Counted from the stretch's first letter, positions 19,553-29,788 are shown. The stretch: 64,000 bases of DNA from an uncultured Bacilli bacterium (GCA_944329195.1 CALVHX010000001.1:3562-67561); one strand, 5' to 3'. Notes: generated from the sequence alone by a model not told the origin. Numbers and translations: made by a program.

Positions 19553-19669
19553 CGACAATATCAACAGGTCTGTTGAAAAAAATATAAACACTTGTTATTT
19601 AAAGTTATCAACATCATTGTTGATAACTTTAATATTTCCTTTAATTATATATGCTTATGTTGTTGATAA
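19553..19669. promoter_or_regulatory. oriC left DnaA-box cluster (TTATCAACA / ATATCAACA variants, including an inverted pair at 19605-19627) plus the dnaA promoter
   Basis: ATATCAACA at 19556-19564, TTATCAACA at 19605-19613, TGTTGATAA at 19619-19627, TGTTGATAA at 19661-19669. The TTGATT...TATAAT promoter follows. Confidence 0.7.
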
Positions 19670-19777
19670 ATTGTTTATATGTTGTTATTTTAATTGTTAT
19701 TAAAAAAATGACTAGACAAAATTGATTTTTGCGTTATAATAAATTTAAGTGAACTTTAAGACAAGGAGGTTTAGGTA

Positions 19778-21145
19778 ATGAACACAGAAATGTTATGGAA
19801 TAGTTTTTTAAGTAGAATAAAAGAACGAATCTCTCCTTTATCTTATGATACTTGGTTTAAAGATACTAAACTTTATAAAATTGAAAAAAATATAGCTATC
19901 ATTATCGTACCAATGATTCTTCATAAAAAACATTTGGAAGAAAACTATAAAGATGAAATAGAAGAAATTTTTAATTCTATTACAGGAACAAATTTTTCCT
20001 TTCAGTTTAAACTAGAAAACGAACTGACTGAAAACAATAATAAAGAAGATTTAAATGGTAATATAATTAATACGATTGGTGGAGTACCTTATCAAAGCAG
20101 TATAAGTGCTAATTTAAAAAGCGAATATACTTTTGATAACTTTATTGTCGGTGATTCTAATAGGTTTGCTTTTACAGCGGCGAGAGCAGTGGCAGAAAAA
20201 CCTGGAAAAGCTTATAATCCCTTATTTTTATATGGAAAAAGTGGTCTTGGTAAAACACATTTAATGCATTCTATTGGTAACTATATAATTGAAAATTCTA
20301 ATAAAAGAGTTTTATATGTTTCTAGCGAACAATTTGTAAATGACTACATTACTGCGGTAAGAAATAATGACAAATCTAATTTTGATAGGATTGATTCGTT
20401 TAAAAGTAAATATCGAAATATTGATGTGCTAATTATTGATGATATACAATTTTTAGGTACCGCTACTAAAGGACAAGAAGAATTTTTTCATACTTTTAAT
20501 CAACTACATGATTCTAATAAACAAATAATTATTGCTTCTGATAGATCTGTCGATGATTTAAAAATGCTTGAAGATAGATTAATTACGAGATTTAATTGGG
20601 GACTTACCGCAAATATTACACCTCCTGATTTTAATTTAAGAGTGAGTATTATTAAGAAAAAAATATCTCATCAAGAAGCAGCAGAAGATATTCCTTTGGA
20701 AGTTATCGAATATATTGCTAATATCAATGACTCTGATGTTAGACAGCTAGAGGGTGCTATTACTAGGGTTTTTGCTTATTCTCTAATGATGAATAAAGGA
20801 AAAGTTACTTTAGATGTAGCTGTTGAAGCATTAAAAGATAAAGTTAATGATAGGAGTGTTTATAAAAATGATGTTCATAGAATACAAAGAATTGTATGTG
20901 AATATTTCAAAATTGACATAGAAGATTTAAAGGGAAAGAAGAGGAGTAAAGATGTAAATTACCCAAGACAAATTGCTATTTATCTTTGTAGAATTATGAC
21001 TAATGAATCTTTTCCTAAGATGGGAACTTATTTTGGTGGCAGGGATCATTCAACTATTATAAGTGCATATCAAAAAATAGAAAAAGATCTAAAGATAAAT
21101 AGTCAGTTACAAACGGTAATAAAAGAACTCAAAAGTAAGATATAG
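19778..21145 (+). CDS. dnaA: chromosomal replication initiator DnaA
   Basis: AAA+ Walker A GKSGLGKTHL and the C-terminal DNA-binding domain (KDVNYPRQIAIYLCR...GGRDHSTI). Confidence 0.95.
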   Translation: MNTEMLWNSFLSRIKERISPLSYDTWFKDTKLYKIEKNIAIIIVPMILHKKHLEENYKDEIEEIFNSITGTNFSFQFKLENELTENNNKEDLNGNIINTIGGVPYQSSISANLKSEYTFDNFIVGDSNRFAFTAARAVAEKPGKAYNPLFLYGKSGLGKTHLMHSIGNYIIENSNKRVLYVSSEQFVNDYITAVRNNDKSNFDRIDSFKSKYRNIDVLIIDDIQFLGTATKGQEEFFHTFNQLHDSNKQIIIASDRSVDDLKMLEDRLITRFNWGLTANITPPDFNLRVSIIKKKISHQEAAEDIPLEVIEYIANINDSDVRQLEGAITRVFAYSLMMNKGKVTLDVAVEALKDKVNDRSVYKNDVHRIQRIVCEYFKIDIEDLKGKKRSKDVNYPRQIAIYLCRIMTNESFPKMGTYFGGRDHSTIISAYQKIEKDLKINSQLQTVIKELKSKI

Positions 21146-21272
21146 TTGATATTTAAATAAATATCAACAGTCTTTGTGGAAAAGAAAAGCTTTATAAATA
21201 AAGGAAAAAAGTCAATTATTAACAATATCAACAGTATAATAATAATAATAATTAAAGAAAGAGGATGATAAA
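21146..21272. promoter_or_regulatory. oriC right part: DnaA boxes and AT-rich unwinding element between dnaA and dnaN
   Basis: AATATCAACAG at 21160-21170 and 21222-21233, inverted GTTGATATT at 21146-21154, TGTGGAAAA (reverse complement of TTTTCCACA) around 21175, then TATAATAATAATAATTAAAG. Confidence 0.65.
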
Positions 21273-22385
21273 ATGAAATTTATAGTAAAAAAAGAAATAT
21301 TGATGGATTGTTTAAATAATACAGCTAGAGCAATATCTACAAAAAATTTGATACCAATACTAACAGGAATTAAATTTGAATTAACAAAAAATGGATTGTA
21401 TTTATATGCAAGTGATACTGATATTTCGATTAGAACATTTATATCTAAAGAAAAACTTACTGATATAAAAGAAGAAGGTAGCATTGTCATCGTAGGAAAG
21501 TATATAGTAGAGATAGTTAGAAAAATGCCTAATACAGATATTACGATGGAAGTAATAGATGGATATAAGTTAATTATTAGTACTGATAATACTGAATTTA
21601 ATCTAAATGGTATTAATCCTAATGAATTTCCTAATTTAGATTTAGATGAAACAAGAGAGCCTATTATTATTAATAATAATGTTTTTAAGGAGATTATTAA
21701 TCAAACAGTATTTGCTACATCGCAAAATGAATCTAGACCTTTACTTACTGGCATTAATTTTATAATTGATAATAATAAATTAGAGGTATTAGCAACAGAT
21801 TCTTATAGGTTAGCTAGGAAGTTGGTATTTATTGATAAAGAAATTGATAATAAAGTTAATATTGTCATTCCTGGTAAGAATTTAATTGAACTTTCAAAAA
21901 TGTTAGATGATAAAGGATTTATTGAAATGCACCTATTTAGTAATAAGGTTTTATTTAAATATGATAACATGGTATTCTTAACTAGACTTTTGAGTGGTAC
22001 TTATCCTACTACTTCTAATATTATTCCAAAAGATTTTAATATTGAGTTGGAATGCAATTTTAATGACTTGTTTAATATGATCGATAGAGCTTCATTACTT
22101 ACTTCTGATAGAGAGAAAAATACAATAAAGTTATCTTTGGATAAAAATGAATTGATGATTTCATCAAATAGTCCTGAAATTGGTAGAGTAGAAGAAAAAG
22201 TTGAGGTAGTTTCTGATAAGAAAATAGACATTTCGTTTAGCTCTAAATTTATGCTTGATGCTATTAAAAGTTTTAATAAAGAAAAAATTATCATTTGTAT
22301 GAACACTGAAAGTTCTCCAATTGTTATTAAATCATCAGAGGATGACTCTTTAATACAACTAGTTTTACCTATAAAAACTTGTTAA
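21273..22385 (+). CDS. dnaN: DNA polymerase III beta sliding clamp
   Basis: 370 aa, three-domain clamp (MKFIVKKEILMDCLNN...). Confidence 0.9.
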   Translation: MKFIVKKEILMDCLNNTARAISTKNLIPILTGIKFELTKNGLYLYASDTDISIRTFISKEKLTDIKEEGSIVIVGKYIVEIVRKMPNTDITMEVIDGYKLIISTDNTEFNLNGINPNEFPNLDLDETREPIIINNNVFKEIINQTVFATSQNESRPLLTGINFIIDNNKLEVLATDSYRLARKLVFIDKEIDNKVNIVIPGKNLIELSKMLDDKGFIEMHLFSNKVLFKYDNMVFLTRLLSGTYPTTSNIIPKDFNIELECNFNDLFNMIDRASLLTSDREKNTIKLSLDKNELMISSNSPEIGRVEEKVEVVSDKKIDISFSSKFMLDAIKSFNKEKIIICMNTESSPIVIKSSEDDSLIQLVLPIKTC

Positions 22386-22549
22386 AAATTTAATTTATTA
22401 TTTTGTTTTTAACTATTAGCAATTTTTCTTGTTAATAGTTTTTATTTTTTTATATTTTTTTATATATTCGACAAAAAGAGACTTTTTTCGACATTTTTTT
22501 GTGTTTTAATATTTTCTACATATTTTTATATGTGGAAAGGGGGATTTTT

Positions 22550-23005
22550 ATGGATAATTACATTATTAATGAAAATACTTTATGTTTTACTCAAGATATT
22601 GATAATACTGATGAAATTCTTGTGATAGAGAAGAAAAGAAAATTTAATATTAAAATGAAATGTCTTAAGTTTATCAACAAAAGCTGTTGTTGTTATGGTC
22701 ACTCGTATAATGTACAAAGACAAATTATTATTGATAATTTTAATTTTTATATTAAAACTCCTATAGTTGTATCTGAGTATAACATGTTTATTTTCTTTCC
22801 TACATCTTCTCCAAGTTCAAATGAATGTATTTGGATTTCTTATAATAATGTTGATAGGTATGTTAAGGAAGATAATTATACTAAAATTTATTTTAAGGGT
22901 GGAAAGATTTTAAATATTAGTGCTAAATATACTACGATTGATAGTCAAATAACAAAATGTATTAAGATAGAACGTTATTTAAATAATTTAAAGGTAAAAA
23001 GGTAG
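22550..23005 (+). CDS. comK: ComK-family competence transcription factor-like protein
   Basis: MFIFFPTSSPSSNECIWISYNNV aligns with B. subtilis ComK IFLFPTLSSTRPQCGWISHVHV, with similar overall length and upstream cysteines. RBS GGAAAGGGGGA before ATG 22550. Confidence 0.55.
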   Translation: MDNYIINENTLCFTQDIDNTDEILVIEKKRKFNIKMKCLKFINKSCCCYGHSYNVQRQIIIDNFNFYIKTPIVVSEYNMFIFFPTSSPSSNECIWISYNNVDRYVKEDNYTKIYFKGGKILNISAKYTTIDSQITKCIKIERYLNNLKVKR

Positions 23006-23116
23006 ATTTTCTATCATTTTATCTTTTTTTTGTGGTTATTTTATGATATAATTATATATGTATAGGGGTACATAAAATTGAAAAAGGTGGATTTATGAGT
23101 CAAAAAATAGTTTTAA

Positions 23117-24208
23117 ATGAAAATTAAAAATATTAGATTAAAAAATTATCGTAATTATGATAATTTAAATATTTCTTTTTGCGATAATTTAAATATTATA
23201 ATTGGAGATAATGCTCAAGGTAAGACTAATCTTCTGGAAGCAATTTATGTACTTGCTGTTACTAAATCTTTTTTATCGATTAACGACCACAATTTAATAA
23301 AATTTGGTAATAAATGTTCTTTTATTGAAGGATTAATCGAAAAGAAAAATTCAACTCTAGATTTGGAAATATTACTCAATGATAATGGAAAATTTGTTAA
23401 AATTAACCATAAAGAAATTAAAAAATTAAGTGAGTATATTTCGAAGATGAACGTTATTATTTTTAGTGCTGATTCTATTAGAATGCTTAAAGAAAGTCCC
23501 TCTACTAGGAGAAAATATTTTAATATTCAAATAAGTCAGATAAATAAAAGATACTTAAAAATGTTAACGGATTATAATATTATTTTAAGGCAGAGAAATG
23601 AATTCTTAAAAATTATTGATATGAATAAAAAAACTGATACTGACTATTTAGAAATAATTAATGACAAATATGTTGATTTATCGCTTAAAATATATAATTT
23701 TAGAGATGAATATGTTAAAAATATTAATAGTTATTTAGGAAATATGTTTTTTTCTATTACTGGTTTTGATGGACTTAAATTAAAGTATATTTCTAATATT
23801 GATAATAGTAGAGATAATTTATTAGAGAAGTTAAATAAAAATATAAATAAAGAAATTCAGTATAAAATGACTTTAATTGGTCCTAATAGAGATGATTTTT
23901 GTTTTTATTTGAATGATAAAAATTTATCTCTATATGGTTCTCAGGGTCAGATGAGAAGTGCGATAATTGCTCTTAAAATGTCTGAAGTATTCTTATTTAC
24001 TGATAAAGTTGGGGATAGTCCAATACTTCTATTAGATGATATGTTTAGTGAATTAGATATTAATAAAAGAAATAATATACTTGCTAATTTAACTCATGAT
24101 GTACAAACTATAATAACAACTACTGATATAGATAATATTAATGAGAATATTAGAAAAAAAGCAAATGTTTATGAAATAAAAGATGGAAAATTATTTCCCG
24201 GGAAATAA
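23117..24208 (+). CDS. recF: DNA replication and repair protein RecF
   Basis: Walker A GDNAQGKTNLLEA, SMC-like signature and LLLDDMFSELD Walker B. The last codons and stop (KLFPGK*) are supplied by NBS palindrome copy 4. Confidence 0.85.
   Translation: MKIKNIRLKNYRNYDNLNISFCDNLNIIIGDNAQGKTNLLEAIYVLAVTKSFLSINDHNLIKFGNKCSFIEGLIEKKNSTLDLEILLNDNGKFVKINHKEIKKLSEYISKMNVIIFSADSIRMLKESPSTRRKYFNIQISQINKRYLKMLTDYNIILRQRNEFLKIIDMNKKTDTDYLEIINDKYVDLSLKIYNFRDEYVKNINSYLGNMFFSITGFDGLKLKYISNIDNSRDNLLEKLNKNINKEIQYKMTLIGPNRDDFCFYLNDKNLSLYGSQGQMRSAIIALKMSEVFLFTDKVGDSPILLLDDMFSELDINKRNNILANLTHDVQTIITTTDIDNINENIRKKANVYEIKDGKLFPGK
24192..24207. promoter_or_regulatory. NBS-like palindrome (copy 4), overlapping the recF stop codon; 26 bp upstream of gyrB
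   Basis: Exact TATTTCCCGGGAAATA within AATTATTTCCCGGGAAATAATT. Confidence 0.6.
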
Positions 24209-24232
24209 TTTTGAACAGGAAGGGTGATTTAA

Positions 24233-26149
24233 ATGAATAATAATGAACATTATGATGCTTCAGATATTCAGGTTCTTGAAGGATTGGAAGCTGTTAGAAA
24301 AAGACCAGGTATGTATATTGGTTCTACAAGTGTTAAAGGTCTTCATCATTTAGTTTGGGAAATAGTGGATAATGCTATTGATGAGGCTCTAGCTGGTTAT
24401 TGTGATGATATTGAAATAATAGTAAATAAAGATGGTTCTATTACTGTTAAAGATGATGGTAGAGGTATACCCGTAGAAGTTCATCCTAAGACTGGTTTAT
24501 CTACAGTAGAAACTGTGTATACTGTTTTACATGCTGGTGGCAAATTTGGTGGTGGAGGATACAAAGTTTCTGGTGGTTTACATGGTGTTGGAGCCTCTGT
24601 TGTTAATGCACTTAGTAAATGGGTTGAGGTAATGGTATACAAAGAAGGTAAAGTTTACTACATCAAGTTTGCAAATGGTGGTAAAACGATTGAACCTTTA
24701 AAAGTAATTGGACAATGTAGTGAAGATAGGACTGGTACTACTGTTTCTTTTATGCCCGATGATCAGATATTTAAGGAAACAACTACTTTTGACTATGAAA
24801 CTTTAAAAACTAGAGTTAGAGAGCTTGCTTTTTTAAATAAAGGACTTAAAATTACTTTGATGGATGATAGGGATAGTAAAAAGGATTCTTTTGTCTATGA
24901 AGGAGGTATAAAAGAATTTGTAGAATATTTGAATCAGAATAGAAATCCTATTCACGATGATATTGTATATGTTGAGGGAATGGAAAATGACATTTCTATT
25001 GAGGTGGCTTTACAATATAATGATGGTTATAATTCTACAGTTTATTCTTTTGTTAATAATATTATTACTCCAGAAGGTGGTACTCACGAAGACGGTGTTA
25101 AACTTGCACTTACTAGAATAATTAATAATTATGCAAAAAATAATAAAATATTGAAAGATAACGATGAACCTTTAAGTGGTGATGATGTTAGGGAAGGTAT
25201 TACGATGATAATATCTGCTAAGGTTCCTGAACCACAATTTGAAGGGCAAACAAAAACTAAACTAGGGAATAGCGAGGTTAGAAAAATTGCGGCAAGTATC
25301 TTTGCTAAAGATTTTGAAAGGTTTTTGATGGAGCATCCTAATGACGCTAGGATAATTATTGATAAGTCAATGACCGCTGCTAGAGCTAGAGTGGCTGCTA
25401 AAAGAGCAAGGGAACTTACGAGAAGAAAAGGTGGTCTAGAAATTACTAATTATTGGGGAAAGCTTACGGACTGTTCTTCTAAAGATGCTACTATTTCTGA
25501 AATGTTTATAGTAGAGGGAGATAGTGCGGCAGGTTCTGCTAAAATGGGAAGGGATCCAATTACTCAAGCAATACTTCCTATTCGTGGTAAGATTCTTAAT
25601 GTCGAAAAGGCTAGATTAGATAAAATTCTTGCTAATGAAGAAATTAGAACTATGATTACTGCACTTGGTACAGGAATCGGTGATGAATTTGATATTAATA
25701 AGCTTAGATATTATAAAATTGTTATTATGACTGATGCTGATGTTGATGGTGCGCATATTAGAACGTTGTTATTAACTTTGTTTTATAGGTATTTTAAGCC
25801 GCTTATTGAAAATGGCCATATTTATGCTGCTCAACCACCTTTATATTCAATTAAGCATGGTAAAACTATTAAATATGTGTTAGACGATGATGAAAGAGAT
25901 AAATATTTGTCTACTTTGCCTGCTAATACTAAATATGAAATTGGTAGAATGAAAGGTTTAGGTGAAATGGATCCAGAAGAACTTAGGGAAACTACAATGG
26001 GTATTGATAACAGAATTTTAAAACAAATTACTATGGATGATGCTATACTTGCAGATGAGACTTTTCAATTACTTATGGGAGAAGAAGTCGAACCTAGAAG
26101 AAAATTTATTGAAGATAATGCATTGTTTGTTGAAAATTTAGATATATAG
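24233..26149 (+). CDS. gyrB: DNA gyrase subunit B
   Basis: GHKL ATPase ([15 protein letters not shown]), TOPRIM (EGDSAGGSAK) and [12 protein letters not shown]. Confidence 0.95.
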   Translation: MNNNEHYDASDIQVLEGLEAVRKRPGMYIGSTSVKGLHHLVWEIVDNAIDEALAGYCDDIEIIVNKDGSITVKDDGRGIPVEVHPKTGLSTVETVYTVLHAGGKFGGGGYKVSGGLHGVGASVVNALSKWVEVMVYKEGKVYYIKFANGGKTIEPLKVIGQCSEDRTGTTVSFMPDDQIFKETTTFDYETLKTRVRELAFLNKGLKITLMDDRDSKKDSFVYEGGIKEFVEYLNQNRNPIHDDIVYVEGMENDISIEVALQYNDGYNSTVYSFVNNIITPEGGTHEDGVKLALTRIINNYAKNNKILKDNDEPLSGDDVREGITMIISAKVPEPQFEGQTKTKLGNSEVRKIAASIFAKDFERFLMEHPNDARIIIDKSMTAARARVAAKRARELTRRKGGLEITNYWGKLTDCSSKDATISEMFIVEGDSAAGSAKMGRDPITQAILPIRGKILNVEKARLDKILANEEIRTMITALGTGIGDEFDINKLRYYKIVIMTDADVDGAHIRTLLLTLFYRYFKPLIENGHIYAAQPPLYSIKHGKTIKYVLDDDERDKYLSTLPANTKYEIGRMKGLGEMDPEELRETTMGIDNRILKQITMDDAILADETFQLLMGEEVEPRRKFIEDNALFVENLDI

Positions 26150-26162
26150 GAGGTTTTAAGGT

Positions 26163-28694
26163 ATGGAAGAAGAATTAGAGTTTGAAAGAGATAGAAAAGT
26201 ACCTGTTAATATAGTTGGAGAGATGAGGAAGTCTTTTCTTGATTATTCGATGAGTGTTATTGTTGCTAGAGCTTTACCAGATGTTAGGGATGGTCTTAAG
26301 CCTGTTCATAGAAGAATTTTATATACCCTGTATGAAGAGGGCATGACTCCTGATAAAAAATATCAGAAAAGTGCTAATGCTGTTGGTGCAGTAATGGGTC
26401 ATTATCATCCACATGGGGATGCCGCTATTTATGATTCAATGGTACGCATGGCACAGGATTTTACTTATAGGCACGTTCTTGTTGATGGGCATGGTAATTT
26501 CGGTTCTATCGATGGGGATGGACCTGCTGCAAGTCGTTATACGGAAGCAAGACTTGCTAAAGTATCTATGGAACTTTTAAGGGATCTGAATAAGGATACT
26601 GTTGATTTTTCAGATAATTATGATGGGCAAAGAAAAGAACCTTCAGTACTTCCAAGTAGATTTCCTAATATATTAGTTAATGGTAATATGGGAATTGCCG
26701 TTGGTATGGCCACTAATATACCACCACATAATTTAGGTGAAGTAATAGATGGCTGTATTGCTTATATAGAAAATCATGATATTAGTGTTACTGATTTAAT
26801 GCAATATGTTAAAGGACCTGATTTTCCTACAGCTGGAGTAATTCTTGGCAATAGCGGTATAAAAAAAGCTTATGAAACGGGTCGTGGTTCTATTACTATT
26901 AGAGGAATGGCTAAAGTTGAAGAACACCATGGTAAAGAAAGAATTGTTATTACAGAAATTCCTTATCAGATTAATAAGAAAGCTTTGATTACCCGAATTG
27001 GTGAACTTGTCAGAGATAAAATTATCGATGGCATTTCTAATTTGAGCGATGAATCGGCTTTGGAAGGTATTAAGATTGTTATTGATGTTAAGAAGGAAGC
27101 TAATGCTAATGTTGTCTTGAATAATCTATACAAGCATACGCCACTTCAAACATCTTATGGTATAAATTTTTTAATGCTTGTTGATGGTAGTCCTAGAACT
27201 TTGGGATTAAAAGCTATATTTGAAAAGTATGTTGAACATCAGAAACATGTTATTTATCGAAGATGTCAATTTGATTTAAAGAGATATAAGGATAGATTAC
27301 ATATATTAGATGGTTTGAAGATTGCTTTAGATAATATTGATAGGGTTATTAAAATTATTAGAGAATCTCAGGACGATGAAGAAGCTAAAGTCGGTTTAAT
27401 AACTAATTTTGGTCTAACTGATGTACAAGCACAAGCAATACTTGATATGAGACTTAAGCGTTTAACAGGTTTGGAAAAATCAAAGATAGAAGAGGAAATT
27501 GATGAACTTGAAAAACTGGTGAAAGAATTAGAGGAAATATTGGGAAGTGAAGATCGTATTCTTGGTGTTATAAAGAAGGAAATGCTTGAGATTAAAGAAA
27601 AATATGCAGATGAAAGAAGAACCCACATTGATATGACCGCTATTGATTATATTGAGGATGAATCTTTAATTCCTATGCAAAATGTTGTTATAACTCTTAC
27701 TAATAATGGATATATTAAAAGATTGACGACGGATACTTATAAGACTCAAAATAGAGGTGGTATGGGTGTTAAAGGAATGGCCACTAATGAAGAGGATTTT
27801 GTGGAACATTTAATTAATGCAACTTCTCATGATTATATTTTGATGTTTACTAATAAGGGTAAAGTTTATAGAATTAAAGGTTATGAGATTCCTGAATTTA
27901 ATAGACAATCAAAGGGGTTGCCAATTATTAATTTGTTAAATTTAGAAAAAGGCGAAAAGGTTAATTCTTTGCTTAAGGTATCAAAAGATGATAACTATAA
28001 ATACTTAATATTTGCTACAAAGAGTGGTCTAATTAAAAGAACTGATATATCTGAATTTGATAGTATTAGGAATAATGGTAAGAAATTTATTACTTTGAAA
28101 GATGATGATGAAATTGTTTCTGTCAAAAAGACTACTGGCAATGATGAGATTTTAATGGCTTCATCGAATGGTAGGATGGTAAGATTTAATGAAAGTACTG
28201 TTAGAGTAATGGGTAGAAGCGCTTCTGGTGTTAGGGGTATTAATATAGGTGAAGGTGTATTAGTTGGTATGGAAGTAGCATCTAATAACGGACTTATTTT
28301 AGTTGTTACTGAAAAGGGATATGGCAAAAAGACTCCTATACAAGAGTATAGAATTACAAATAGAGGTGGAAAAGGGGTTAAAACTGTTAATATTACTGAA
28401 AAAAATGGTGCTATTGTTGCCTTTAAAACTGTTGATAATGATAAAGATGTTATGATTATTACTGATTCGGGTATTATTATTAGACTTGATGCTAATCAAA
28501 TTTCTACTATGAGTAGAGTTACTCAGGGTGTTAAACTTATTAATCTTAAAGAGCATAGTGTTGTTAGTTCTGTTTCTGTTGTTGAGAAAGAAGAAACGGA
28601 TATTTCTGAAGATGATGCGATTGTTGATAATAATATCGAAGACACAGAAAGTATTTCAATAGGAGATGATTCAGTCAAAGAAAGTGATACTTAA
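26163..28694 (+). CDS. gyrA: DNA gyrase subunit A
   Basis: Active-site region AAMRYTE-like (ASRYTEARL), QRDR HPHGDAAIYDSM, and C-terminal beta-pinwheel repeats. Confidence 0.95.
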   Translation: MEEELEFERDRKVPVNIVGEMRKSFLDYSMSVIVARALPDVRDGLKPVHRRILYTLYEEGMTPDKKYQKSANAVGAVMGHYHPHGDAAIYDSMVRMAQDFTYRHVLVDGHGNFGSIDGDGPAASRYTEARLAKVSMELLRDLNKDTVDFSDNYDGQRKEPSVLPSRFPNILVNGNMGIAVGMATNIPPHNLGEVIDGCIAYIENHDISVTDLMQYVKGPDFPTAGVILGNSGIKKAYETGRGSITIRGMAKVEEHHGKERIVITEIPYQINKKALITRIGELVRDKIIDGISNLSDESALEGIKIVIDVKKEANANVVLNNLYKHTPLQTSYGINFLMLVDGSPRTLGLKAIFEKYVEHQKHVIYRRCQFDLKRYKDRLHILDGLKIALDNIDRVIKIIRESQDDEEAKVGLITNFGLTDVQAQAILDMRLKRLTGLEKSKIEEEIDELEKLVKELEEILGSEDRILGVIKKEMLEIKEKYADERRTHIDMTAIDYIEDESLIPMQNVVITLTNNGYIKRLTTDTYKTQNRGGMGVKGMATNEEDFVEHLINATSHDYILMFTNKGKVYRIKGYEIPEFNRQSKGLPIINLLNLEKGEKVNSLLKVSKDDNYKYLIFATKSGLIKRTDISEFDSIRNNGKKFITLKDDDEIVSVKKTTGNDEILMASSNGRMVRFNESTVRVMGRSASGVRGINIGEGVLVGMEVASNNGLILVVTEKGYGKKTPIQEYRITNRGGKGVKTVNITEKNGAIVAFKTVDNDKDVMIITDSGIIIRLDANQISTMSRVTQGVKLINLKEHSVVSSVSVVEKEETDISEDDAIVDNNIEDTESISIGDDSVKESDT

Positions 28695-28753
28695 TAAAAT
28701 TACTTTCTTTTTTTAATATTGCAAAGTGTATATAATTTTTAAATGTGCAAAAT

Positions 28754-28769
28754 TATTTCCCGGGAAATA
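28754..28769. promoter_or_regulatory. NBS-like palindrome (copy 5), 60 bp after the gyrA stop
   Basis: Exact 16-mer within AATTATTTCCCGGGAAATAATT. Confidence 0.6.
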
Positions 28770-28836
28770 ATTAGTAAACAAATGTTCGCTATTGCTAAAA
28801 TTCTTGAAATATATGTTAAAACATGTTATTATACTG

Positions 28837-28919
28837 TTGATACAACATTAATTAGTGGAACCAAGTCAGGATCGGAAGATAGCAGCTTTAACACTTTATT
28901 AATGTGTGTATCTTTTTTT
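28837..28919 (+). ncRNA. ffs: signal recognition particle RNA (small 4.5S/scr type)
   Basis: AAGUCAGGAUCGGAAGAUAGCAGC matches the SRP domain IV consensus AGGUCAGGUCCGGAAGGAAGCAGC. The 5' and 3' arms are complementary (GATACAACATTAATTAGTG / CACTTTATTAATGTGTGTATC). Promoter TTGAAA(28804)-17-TATTAT(28827), T7 run at the 3' end. Confidence 0.6.
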
Positions 28920-28965
28920 AATATTTTAAAAAATAGATTGTTGATAGATTAAATTAATATTTTTA

Positions 28966-28981
28966 TGTTTCACGTGGAACA
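28966..28981. promoter_or_regulatory. parS-like site 1 (TGTTTCACGTGGAACA)
   Basis: One mismatch from the ParB/Spo0J consensus. Confidence 0.65.
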
Positions 28982-29075
28982 TAAAAATATATAGTGTTGT
29001 GGGAATTAATTTTAATTATAAAATTTAAAATTTGAAACAAATTATTTTATTAATATTTAAATAGATAACGTCTAA

Positions 29076-29091
29076 TGTTCCACGTGAAACA
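29076..29091. promoter_or_regulatory. parS-like site 2 (TGTTCCACGTGAAACA)
   Basis: Identical to the B. subtilis parS consensus. Confidence 0.7.
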
Positions 29092-29188
29092 TGTCTTTTA
29101 AAATTAAAATTGGGTGATTATAAAAATATAATCAGTTTAGAAAAAGTAGTTTAAAAATAGATTTTATTATTTGCGTATAATCAATTCA

Positions 29189-29204
29189 TGTTTCACGTGG
29201 AACA
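29189..29204. promoter_or_regulatory. parS-like site 3 (TGTTTCACGTGGAACA), start of duplicated unit 1
   Basis: Followed by the DnaA-box-like TTATCAACA at 29208-29216. Confidence 0.65.
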
Positions 29205-29389
29205 TATTATTTATCAACAGTTTAACATATCTTTTAATGGAAAGTGTTTTAAAAAAATATCAAGATAAAAGTATATCAAAATTTTAATTTATTTTTTTCT
29301 TAATGTATAACTTTAAATTTTTAAATAGTTTATGTTATTTAACTTGAAATTTATAATAAATAAGATTTATTTAAATTTAGATAAATACA

Positions 29390-29405
29390 TGTTCCACGTG
29401 GAACA
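29390..29405. promoter_or_regulatory. parS-like site 4 (TGTTCCACGTGGAACA), centre of the perfect 22-bp palindrome ACATGTTCCACGTGGAACATGT
   Basis: Perfect palindrome, two symmetric changes from the consensus. Confidence 0.65.
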
Positions 29406-29482
29406 TGTATTTATAACTATTGTATTAAAAAAATACTTAATATGTGTATGTTTGAATATTTACTTATAATTAATTAGTTTAA

Positions 29483-29498
29483 TGTTTCACGTGGAACA
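29483..29498. promoter_or_regulatory. parS-like site 5 (duplicate of site 3)
   Basis: Start of tandem unit 2. Confidence 0.65.
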
Positions 29499-29683
29499 TA
29501 TTATTTATCAACAGTTTAACATATCTTTTAATGGAAAGTGTTTTAAAAAAATATCAAGATAAAAGCATATTAAAATTTTAATTTATTTTATTCTTAATGT
29601 ATAAGTTTAAATTTTTAAATAGTTTATATTATTTAACTTGAAATTTATAATAAATAAGATTTATTTAAATTCAGATAAATACA

Positions 29684-29699
29684 TGTTCCACGTGGAACA
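29684..29699. promoter_or_regulatory. parS-like site 6 (duplicate of site 4)
   Basis: Within tandem unit 2. Confidence 0.65.
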
Positions 29700-29772
29700 T
29701 GTATTTTTAACTGTATTAAAAAGAATTTAATATGTGTATGTTTGAATATTTACTTATAATTAATTAGTTTAA

Positions 29773-29788
29773 TGTTTCACGTGAAACA
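29773..29788. promoter_or_regulatory. parS site 7 (TGTTTCACGTGAAACA, exact consensus)
   Basis: Exact 16-bp palindrome. Confidence 0.7.

Noticed and set aside
28743-28952. 69-aa ORF from the supplied track (MCKIISREIISKQ...)
   Set aside because: It is spurious. It spans NBS palindrome copy 5 and the SRP RNA gene (conserved domain IV motif, promoter and terminator), and it has no RBS.
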